Of a stretch of 64,000 bases of DNA, positions 54,148 to 64,000 are shown piece by piece. The notes beneath the pieces were generated by a model. The model did not search any database. It had not been told where the DNA came from and saw only the letters and a program-made list of their open reading frames with translations. The position numbers and the translations under genes are program-made. Every line of letters begins with the position of its first letter. The stretch's first letter is position 1. Where the stretch lies: NCBI RefSeq assembly GCF_006345805.1, contig NC_042998.1, forward strand, positions 85,560,001 to 85,624,000. Direction: 5' to 3'. This stretch comes from Octopus sinensis. Its lineage: Eukaryota.

Positions 54148-55925
54148 GTAATAAACATATTATTGTTCAAATAATAATAATAATGATAGCAATACTGGAT
54201 CATTACTAAATTAGAAGCCATTAATAATGACTTCTAATTTAGGCATAAGGTCAACATTATTAAGGGGAGGAAGGATGCGAATTAAATCAACCCCAGTAAG
54301 GTGAAGTTAAATTTGGCAGGATTTAAACTCAGAATGTAAAGAGCTGGAACGAATACTACAAAGCATTTTTCAATGTTTTAACAATTTCATTGATCCACCT
54401 TAATAATAATAATAATAATAATAACAACAATGGTGGTGGTGGCGGTGACGGCGACGGCTGTTGTTGTTTCAAATTTTGCCACAAGGGCAGCAATTTTGGG
54501 GCAGGGGATGAATCAATTTTGTCAACCCCAGTGTTCAACTGGTACTTATTTTATTGACCCCAAAAGGATGAAAAGCAAAGCCAACCATGGCAGAATTTGA
54601 ACTCAAAATGTAAAGAGACGGACGAAATGCCACTAAGCATTTTGCCTGGCATGCTAATGATTCCACAAGCTTGCCACCTTAATAATAATAATATTCATAA
54701 TGATAATAATAATAATAATTATTATTATAATAACAATAACAGCAACAACAATGATTTAGGCACAAGGCCAGCAATTTTCAGGGAATAGAGAGTGTAAGCA
54801 ATATCATTGGCTCCAATACTTGACTAGTACCTTATTTTATTAACCCAAGCTGGGTGAAAAGCAAAATTAGCATTGGCATTATTTGAACTCAGAATGTAAA
54901 GAAATGGAACAAATTCTGCAATGCAATTTTTCCTGCATTCTAACAATTCTGTTTGTTTTACATTGACAAATCACAGATTCACATTGACTCCAGTATCTGC
55001 TTCATACATATTTTATTAAACCCTTCTCTCATGTAATACAATGTAAAACAATGTCAAGCCTGGAAGTGGTGGTGATGGATTTGAACTCAGAGCATAAAAC
55101 AAAAGTCAGTTACTGTACAGAATGCTGTTTGATGCTTTGCCATTTCTGCAAACTCTCCAACTGGTGCAATTGCTACAAATATTTAGGATGTAAATCCAGT
55201 TGAGTTGACTCCAATATATATATTTTTTTTATGTCTGAGTTGCTGACATTTTGTTGGTTATTAGAAGCTCTTTTAAAGTGACCATCTGCAATTATCATTA
55301 CATATAATTATGAAATTATAATAATAATTTTGACTCAAAAGCAGCAATTTGAAGAGTGGGGCTAGTCATTACATGAACCCCAGTCGATGACTGGTACTTA
55401 TTTCATTGATCCCAAAAGGATGAAAGGCAAAGGTGACTTTTGTGGCATAAAAACGGATGAAATGCTGCTTAGCATTTTGTCCAGTGTGGTAATGGTTCTG
55501 CCGGCCCAGTAATAAGTTTTTTTGACTTATGAAACCATCTTGTTTTATAGAAAAGAGATTACAGTCTATAGAATTAATCCTCATGTTTGCATTAATGAAG
55601 ACACATAGCCAAGTGGCTCGAGTTCTGGACTTATGACATCCAGACTGGGTGGCAGATTGTTCAGTTCATTCAACTGAAAAAATGAGTATGAAGAACAACA
55701 GGGAATTAACACTGTGATAGACTGATGTTCTATTCAGGGGTAAGTATTGTAGCCCTGGTTACATACATCATGGGAACCAGGATAGGCAGTGGCCTAATAA
55801 GCCTAATGTGTGTCAAAATGAAGTCCACTTTGGAAACAGTTTACTAAATGAGTATCTCAGTTAAATAATCCATCTTAGTTATCAGATTAGATTCCAAAAA
55901 ATGAATAAATGATTCTTATTTTCAG

Positions 55926-56153
55926 GATAAAACATCAAAACTACAGACAGGAGATGTATATATTACGAAACATTCCAATCTATCTGAAGTTCATGTCATG
56001 TTTCATTTAGTCGTAGACGACAGTGTTCGGTCACCAGAAATCACATCCAGGCATCCTACCATCCTATCTCTTCGTAACATCCTGAAAGTCTGCTTCCGAT
56101 ATGACATTCTTACACTTACAATTCCACTACTGCTTTCACATGAAATGACTGAA
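55926..56153 (+). CDS. C12orf4: C12orf4/FERRY3 coding exon (phase 0/0)
   Basis: tttcag|GAT...GAA|gtaagt; [24 protein letters not shown]...[28 protein letters not shown], matching the DUF2362 core. Confidence 0.95.
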
Positions 56154-56513
56154 GTAAGTAACTCAAATCTTTTTGTCTTTATAATCTTAGCCTCTCATCT
56201 AATAGATGAGGTACTCATTTATTTAACTGACTTTTAAGTCAGTTTCTGATTCTTAGTATAAATATAGCAATTACTTTTTTTTCTCATTTCTTTATTTGTT
56301 GTTTGTTGATGATGACGATGATAGTTATGGTATTTCAGTAGCAAGAACACAGGTAACCGAAAGCTATTAGTGAAAGCATGGTGGATACTATTAAATCTCT
56401 TGCAAGTTTTTACACACACGCACACACAGTGTTTCATAATGATAGGTTATATTGACAGGAATAAGCACATTTATTACAAATGTATGTTTCATTATTATGA
56501 GACATTCTGTGCC

Positions 56514-56557
<44 letters not shown>

Positions 56558-56560
<3 letters not shown>

Positions 56561-56915
56561 TCTTTTACTTGTTTCAGTCATTTGACTGTAGCCATATGGA
56601 GCACCGCCTTTAGTTGAGCAAATTGACCCCAGGACTTATTCTTTGTAAGTCTAGAACTTATTCTATCGGTATCTTTTGCCAAACTGCTAAGTTACGGGGA
56701 CGTAAACACACCAACATTAGTTGTCAAGCAATGTTGGTTGGACAAACACACACACACACACACAAATATACAACGGGCCTCTGTCCACCAAATCCACTCG
56801 CAAGGCTTTGGTCAGCCCGAGGGTATAGTAGAAGACACTTGCCAAGGTGCCATGCAGTGGGACTGAACCCGGAACCATGTGGTTGGTAAGCAAGCTACTT
56901 ACCACACAGCTACTG
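56558..56915 (-). mobile_element. SINE family A copy
   Basis: Similarity to 51085-51492; tail abuts (TA)n. Confidence 0.85.
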
Positions 56916-57443
56916 AAGTGTTTTGCTCCAAAATATATATATTTAAGTGATAAACTACAGATTTTCTATAGAATCAGGACCATCACTTTAAGTTATGATG
57001 TTTCATATACAATTACATCTATGTAAAAACGCAATCAAAGATAGAAAAATAGGTAAATTTTTTTTCTATTTTATTTTTTATTATTTTCTATTTTTTTTCT
57101 ATCTTTTATGGCATTGTTCACATAGACATATTCATATATGAAATGTAACTTACAGTGCTACCTATGAATTCCATAGAAAATCTATCACTTAATGAGAATA
57201 TCACACTGCTAACACAAAATGTGAGACACAATATTGACTTGTAAACCTTTAATATACTTGGTAGTATATTATGATTGCAATCGAAATATTGTTGTGGTAA
57301 AGTGGCTGGCATTAGAAAGGGCATCCAACTGTAAAAACCATGCCAAAATAAACAGTGTAGTTTGTAGCAGTCCTCTGGCTTTCTAGCTCCTGCCAAATCA
57401 TCCAACCCATGCCAGTTTGGAAGACAAATGCTTAATGATGTTT

Positions 57444-57492
<49 letters not shown>

Positions 57493-57493
<1 letters not shown>

Positions 57494-57883
57494 TATTATA
57501 TAAAATCCTTTCTGTCTGTCTGTGTGTGTGTCTTCTAGGATCTCGGGCATCCTCCATCCGACTGTGCTCAAATTTGATATGTAGATACCGACAGTATCAG
57601 AGCCTGTATAAGTCTTGAAAAATTACGAAAATCAATTCCTGGTGAGGATGCAATCGATAAAGCCGTGGGAACGTGCATTTGTATATGCAAGTACATCAGC
57701 TGTTGCGATCGCTACTACGTGTACACAAGAAAAATGCACATGCAGTTTGCGCAAAAAAAGCTGGCTGGGTTGAAGTAATGCCACAAAATGGGACGGTTGG
57801 ACAAGTTGTTTTGAGAAAATTTGGTTTAAATGTTTGACAACTCAGCACCATCCATTGGACGGGAGGGGAGGCGTTTTGCTCGT
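57493..57883 (+). mobile_element. Helitron-like non-autonomous element (degenerate ends)
   Basis: The 5' attatataaaa plus (ctgt)n motif resembles 13057-13569. The 3' end is G-rich followed by CTCGT (putative CTAG(T) variant) and abuts (TA)n. Confidence 0.45.
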
Positions 57884-57940
57884 GTATATATATATATACA
57901 TACACACACATATATATGTGTGTGTATATATATATCATCA

Positions 57941-58045
<105 letters not shown>

Positions 58046-58272
58046 TATATCAGGTTGGTGACCAGGTGTTTCTCCATTATTGGCTCTGCATTACATATGT
58101 GCACACAGAGATTTAGTTGGAGTAGTATTTAATAACTGACTGGCTTTGAATCCAAGGCAACAAATTAGTAAATAGGAATATTTGTTGAAGAGTTTGCTAA
58201 GTTAAATTGACATGAGGAGTGAAGTGTCTGTTGTTCTGAGCTCTTGTCTCTTGAGTGAGTGTAAGGAGGAGC

Positions 58273-58369
<97 letters not shown>

Positions 58370-58923
58370 TTTTGTCTCACTCTTAGATGTTGGCCAATAA
58401 TGCTGTTAGATTCTTCTCTCTTCACAAGTTCTACGTAGTCTTTTTGAACTGAGAGATTAGTTGCACATCAGCCCTCAAACATCTGTAACATTGGGTGGAA
58501 AATCACAATGAAACTAATTATTCCAAAGGATTTTGACAGCATCTGATGCTGAATTAAAATTAAATCTAATCGATTGTCAGTAAGCAAGGTGATAGTGAAT
58601 GCTTTGTAGATAAATTAGTATAATGTGTGTTTATTGTTGCATGTGATTGAATGTGTGTAGTTGATTGGGTGTACTATATCAAAAGTTGTAAGGACTAACC
58701 ATGTGTTGTATGAAGTGGCAGATGTTAGAAAGTCCAACCTATTAGTGAATTTCTTAGTTTTTGTTTTTATTGAAATATGAATATTCAGCTATTGAAACTT
58801 TTGTGACATTTTGTAAAATCAATGAAATAATGAATTGGAGATGGCTGTTATGGGGGGAAAAACTATTACGGAATGAAAATAAATAGGATGGTAATAACTA
58901 TAGGTAATTATAATTTTTACAAT

Positions 58924-59290
58924 TACTCTCTTGTTTCAGTCATTTGACTGTGGCCATGGTGGAGCACCGCCTTTAGTCGAGCAAATCGACCCCAGGACTT
59001 ATTCTTTGTAAGCCTAGTACTTATTCTTATTGGTCTCTTTTGCCAAACTGCTAAGTTACGGGGACGTAAACACACCAGCATCGGTTGTCAAGCGATGTTG
59101 GCGGGGACAAACACACACACATACGTATATACGACGGGCTTCTTTCAGTTTCCATCTACCAAATCCACTCAAAAAGCTTTGGTCAGCCCGAGGCTATCAT
59201 AGAAAGCACTTGCCCAAGGTGCCACGCAGTGGGACTGAACCCTGAACAATGCGGTACGTAAGCAAGCTACTTACCACACAGCCACTCCTA
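58924..59290 (-). mobile_element. SINE family A copy ending 29 nt before an exon
   Basis: Similarity to 51085-51492. Confidence 0.85.
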
Positions 59291-59319
59291 AAATTTATGC
59301 AATTTTGTGTCTGTTGCAG

Positions 59320-59445
59320 GAAATGACTGTTTCTTGGTGTTTGAAACGTGTTGAGTTAATATTTAAATGTGTAAAAGGTTTCATGATGGAGATGGCAACT
59401 TGGGGTGGCCTTGAATCACGGACAATTCAATTCTTAGTGCCACCG
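59320..59445 (+). CDS. C12orf4: C12orf4/FERRY3 coding exon (phase 0/0)
   Basis: ttgcag|GAA...CCG|gtaagt; [42 protein letters not shown], near-identical to human [28 protein letters not shown]. Confidence 0.95.
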
Positions 59446-60217
59446 GTAAGTAAAACTTTTTTAAAGACATTGTTTGTTGCTTTTATATTGAAACTTTTTG
59501 CTATTAAATATTTAATTGGAGTAATTACTTGAACTATTCATGATCTTTTGGAAGTGGAGGTTATAAAAAAGGTGATCATTAAAAATCTTTTGCAACCATC
59601 TGATGCATCATCATCATCATCATTCAACGTCCATTTTCCATGCAGGCATGGATTGGACGGTTTGACTGAGGTCTGACAAGCTAGTGGGCTACACCAGGTT
59701 CCAACCTTATCTGGCAAGGTTTCTACAGCTGGATGCCCTTCTTAATGCCAACCACTCTGAGAGTGTAGTGGCTACTTTTTACATGCCACTGGCACAGGAG
59801 CCAGTCAGGGGGCACAGAACTTATTTCATTATATCCTAAGAACTATAATATTAAGTCAGTAGTAGGGAATTTAGATCACACAGGAAGCTTAATTATGAAT
59901 TCATGAAAACCACTTAGCATTTTTTCTGTTATTTTAGTTTTTAAAAAATATATATGAATTCAAAGGTTTTATTTAACCCAACATACTGTATTAGAATTGT
60001 GACCATCTTGTTATGTGTTGACATGATGTGCTAGAAATTACTGTTATTACAGATTTTAGGGGAAGTAAATTTAGACAATTGAAAAAAGAAACAAAAAGCA
60101 GTCATGCTGAAAAGTTCTAGCTAATCTTGCAAAAGGATGCTGCTATTTCTATTTTGTCATCTTTACTGCATTGTGTCCCAAAACTCGAAAATGAAATGTG
60201 AAAAAGACTATCTTAAC

Positions 60218-60721
60218 CAGTCATTCTCAACTGGGGTCCATGCAACAAAATAGTAAATTATGGATTCATATTATTATTTTAAGGGCCCCTGAAAAAAATC
60301 TTGCTTTAGATTTATGTATTGCAAGAAACAGCTAGGTTTCTTTCTTTAACCCTTTAGTGTTCAGATTATTCTATCAAACATAATGCCTATTGATTCACAT
60401 TGATTTGAATTAATCATGCATTATCTCATATCTTCAAGATCTTGATGGTGTAATTACTTAATGTAGAATAACATTGTAGGGTAGGTGTGAGGGCCTGGAT
60501 CTGGTCAGTCTGAACATAAAACAGATTAACCATTTTGGCCGGATATGGCCGGTTTAAATACTAAAGGGTTAATCTTTTACATAGTTCAGCCTACACAAAT
60601 GTGATAAATAAAATAGGAATTTTGAAAGAAGTTTCTATTAAACTAGCTTTTAAATATTCGATGGCTAAGAATAAAATAGTAATCAAAGGGGTCTATAGAT
60701 AAAAATGGTTGAGAACCCCTG
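60218..60721. mobile_element. hAT-type MITE with 8-bp TSD
   Basis: TIRs CAGTCATTCTCAAC / GTTGAGAACCCCTG; flanks ATCTTAAC (60210-17) and ATCTAAAC (60722-29), 7/8 identical. Confidence 0.8.
60350..60568. mobile_element. piggyBac-type MITE nested in the hAT MITE
   Basis: TTAA|CCCTTTAGTGTT ... AATACTAAAGGG|TTAA: TTAA TSD and CCC-starting TIRs (11/12 match). Confidence 0.8.
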
Positions 60722-61360
60722 ATCTAAACTGTTGCTAGCACAGTTTGCCTGTAGTATGTACTAGAGCTATGGTTTAACTGACAACTGTTTCATTAGCTGG
60801 CAATGTTCAGATTAAATCTTTCCTTAATTAAACAACTTCATCAAACTCAGTTTGTGAGATATTCTACAAAATTGGAATGAAAACGAAAACTCTATCATCA
60901 CTAACTATCCTAACTGTTATTTCCAATACATTTCCAGGTTAAAATCATATAATGGCACACTTTCATCACGTTGGTGTAAGAGACCAAACATCTTTCTTGC
61001 AGGAAATATAAAAGTTTGATAAGAATAACACATGGTTGATTCATATTTAAAATTAAACATAGAATATTTCCTCCTTTTGTGTTTTCCAAAGTAAAACAAC
61101 AGCAAGTCAACTTACTGTGTTTTGTCAGAGAATTGATATTTTAATTGCCTGGACCATACCTCATACATTCTAGATATATGATCTTGGAAAAGTTTCATCT
61201 TTTCATTAAACAGCAACCTATGACACACAGCAAATCGAAAAAAAATTAGGCTAATTTTTTTCAGTTCTTTGCAGTTACCCCAGTTTTGAGGGTTTTTTTT
61301 TCTTTTACTTATTGTGTTTTGTCAGAGGAGGGCAGAATGTTTGGTTAAGCATGTTTGGAT

Positions 61361-61585
61361 AAGGCCGTGAGCTGACAGAAACGTTGGTGCGCTGGGCGAA
61401 AGCTTAGTGGTATTTCATCTGCTTTTACGTTCTGAGTTCAAATTCTGCCAAGGTCAACTTTGCCTTTCATCCTTTCGGGGTTGATAAATTAAGTACCAGT
61501 AATGCACTGGGGTCGATGTAATCAACTTAATCCCCTTTTTTGTCCCCTCTATGTTTAGCCCCTTGTGGGCAATAAAGAAATAAGA
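61361..61585 (+). mobile_element. SINE family C copy with flanking direct repeats
   Basis: agaatgtttggttaagca at 61334-61351 and 61583-61600 brackets the copy (TSD-like). Confidence 0.8.
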
Positions 61586-61834
61586 ATGTTTGGTTAAGCA
61601 AAGATGCTACCTTAGCACATCACTAGTCTAAGTCTTCTCTGCATCCAGAATTTAAATCAGACCACTGTCAATTTTACTTTTATCCTTCATACACCAATGT
61701 AGGTGGAAGGTGATTAACTCTTTCATTGCTAGATTTCTGTTGAAATACATCACCTTTGTTCAGTTAATTTTGAAAAGAATGAAGAATTTAGTAAAACAGC
61801 AAAGCAATGTCATTATTAAGCTGTTTGGAATGTA

Positions 61835-63090
61835 CTGGGTTGGCCAAAAAGTCTTTTTGTTTTCCTTAAGTGAAAATAAGACAAGTTTTAAATATAAAGC
61901 AATTTATTAGGACAATGGATATAATTACCGTTTCCTTCCAATATCTTCTGCCATCTTGTAGGCAGATTCATTATTACCTGATCAAAGACTTTCCTGTCTT
62001 TACTGGCTAAAAATTCTTCCAGGTGAATTTTTATATGCTCTTCATTGTTTAAAGTGTGTCCATTTAATAAATTTTTAAGAGACCAAAACAGGTGGAAATC
62101 TAAAGGTACAAAGATGGGTGAATATAAAGGATGTGGCAAAACTTCTCAGTCAAGCTTCAGTTACTTCTGCTGCATCTGTGAAGAAGTGTATGGTCTGGCA
62201 TTGTTGTGATGAAAAACAATACCTTTATGATTAGCCCGTACTGGATGCTTTGCTGGACCACTGCGTTTAATTAGTCCAGCTGGTCACAGCACATATCTGA
62301 ATTGATGGTCCTGTCTGTAAAGAAGCTTGTAAAAAAACAACACTTTTTCAGTCCCACCAAATTAAAGCACAACCTTCTTTTGGTGAAGTCATCCTTGGTT
62401 GTTTGTGGTGTTTCATCCCATGTCACCATTCTCATAAAAAAAAAAAAAATCATCATTTAATGTCTGTTATCCATAGGTTGGTTGGTTGGTTGGTTTGACT
62501 GGAGATGATAAGCCAAAGTGCAGCACCAGGCTCCAGTCTGCTTTGACTTGATTTCTATAGCTGAATGCCTTTCCTAATGCCATGCAGATGGAAATCCATT
62601 GGGTAAGATTAGCCTTATTCAACTGATGTGGGACCCAAACACAGAACCTACTGATGGTTTTCACTACTTGATTTGATTATTTGGGGAATATATGGATTAT
62701 CCTGGTCATTTGACCAGGGGCTGGTGTTGTTAATCACAGTTGGCTGGCCAGAGTGAGGTGCATTTTGAACTGAAAAATTTCTCAATCGAAATTTTAGGAA
62801 CCACTTCTGGCACACTAATTTTGTAATAGCAAGTCTTACTGCAGGTTTGTGCTGTTTTCTTGCCATTTTAAAAATGAAAGGCATGAGGTATCAATAATTT
62901 TTATTTTTGTCCTTCATTTTCAAGATAATCCCAAGTACAAAAAATATTTGTCTCATCACAAGTTTGCATCTATGTTGAAGTGTCAAGTATCTCACAAGTA
63001 TGCATGTGCAAGGGACAGACTGAAGTTATTTATTAGAGTGTTTGAAGTTTAATGTCAATAAAAATTGACCAAACTTTTTGACCAATCCAA
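61835..63090 (-). mobile_element. Near full-length degenerate mariner (Tc1/mariner) element with TIRs and TA TSD
   Basis: TA|CTGGGTTGGCCAAAAAGT ... ACTTTTTGACCAATCCAA|TA. Fragments CQKWF..APHSGQP, WVPHQL, TINSD.CCDQLD and PHPLYSP..DFHLFWSLKN..LPTRWQKILEGNGNYI. Confidence 0.9.
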
Positions 63091-63536
63091 TAAATCAAAA
63101 AAAGTTTGATGGGAAGTTTTAATTTTGATCACTTTAAAATGGGGGAATTTGTAATATAGAACCAAGAGTAGATTAAGATGGGTTGTTGTTAAAACGGCTA
63201 AATTGGTTATATCCCTCACAACAGATGTCTTCTTATATGTACCTAATAAATCATAACATCAAATTGATGACATTGCAAGAATATGTTAATGAAGTATGCA
63301 AATGTGTCTTTAACATTTAACTATTGCATTTTATTTCATTTGCAAGATTCTTTGTGAGTTGGTGTGTTGAAGCATATTCTGTTGTGTCTGGGGAGTCAAT
63401 TATAAGGCACAAAAAGAAAATGACTCTCCCCAGACACAACAGAATATTGCATTTTAGATTTTCTTTCATGCTCTCAAAATAAAAATGTCTCTTCTCTCAA
63501 AGGGAATCAAACCTAATTTTATTTCTCTTCTTTCAG

Positions 63537-63626
63537 GGAATGTCAGAGGAAATGTTTGCCAACATCAGCAACATGCTTCCAAGTATTTTCCGACTATCTA
63601 ATCCGCTTGTTGTGAAATCAGTATAA
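63537..63626 (+). CDS. C12orf4: C12orf4/FERRY3 terminal coding exon with TAA stop
   Basis: ctttcag|GGA...TAA; GMSEEMFANISNMLPSIFRLSNPLVVKSV* vs human [24 protein letters not shown]. Confidence 0.93.
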   Translation, partial: GMSEEMFANISNMLPSIFRLSNPLVVKSV

Positions 63627-64000
63627 CTTTAGTCCTTTATTAATATTATTGTTATAATAATAACTGTAACATAAGTGCTAAGCTCTTGGTAAACTCAGTC
63701 CACATGCTAGTTTTGCTTCTTGGTTGAAGCTATTTTACTTTACGCTCATGTCATTTAAAGCACGAGCATCACACAACCTCAGTGTCTTTCCCTAAAAATT
63801 TGAGGTCATGTGTCTATTATTGCAATCAGTATCATTGTAATGATTGTGAAAACAAAAGATTAGCTCCCCAAGCTGAGTTTGCAAGCCAGTTTCAGTTCCC
63901 AGATCATTTACACAGCCTTTGGATAAATGGAAGAATGACATGACTTCATATTTGCCTTTATATCAAATGAAAAAGAAATGAATATTATAGTAATTAATAA

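Overview
This is AT-rich, microsatellite- and transposon-dense animal genomic DNA, almost certainly from a cephalopod (Octopus-like repeat families and a COX1 NUMT with the LLNDD motif). The one confidently supported protein-coding gene is a + strand orthologue of C12orf4/FERRY3 (DUF2362). It has 11 phase-compatible GT-AG coding exons from 23533 to the stop at 63626, about 497 aa. The exon(s) encoding the N-terminal ~55-60 aa could not be located. The rest is intronic or intergenic: three tRNA-derived SINE families, many 5'-truncated RTE LINE ends, three Penelope-like GIY-YIG fragments, mariner and MULE transposase remnants, Helitron, hAT and piggyBac-type non-autonomous elements, and long (TA)n/(CA)n/(GA)n/(CAT)n tracts. 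Almost all long ORFs in the supplied track are microsatellite artefacts. The most interesting unexplained items are: a frame-intact mitochondrial COX1 insertion just upstream of an exon; a ~360-bp near-perfect palindrome; head-to-head hammerhead-ribozyme-like remnants; several pre-miRNA-sized hairpins, one with an A.C mismatch; a degenerate 3x C2H2 zinc-finger module behind a canonical acceptor in frame with the host gene; a duplicated intronic element with box C/D-like motifs; and a higher-order tandem array built from an RTE 3' UTR. All calls were made by eye without database searches, and repeat boundaries are approximate.
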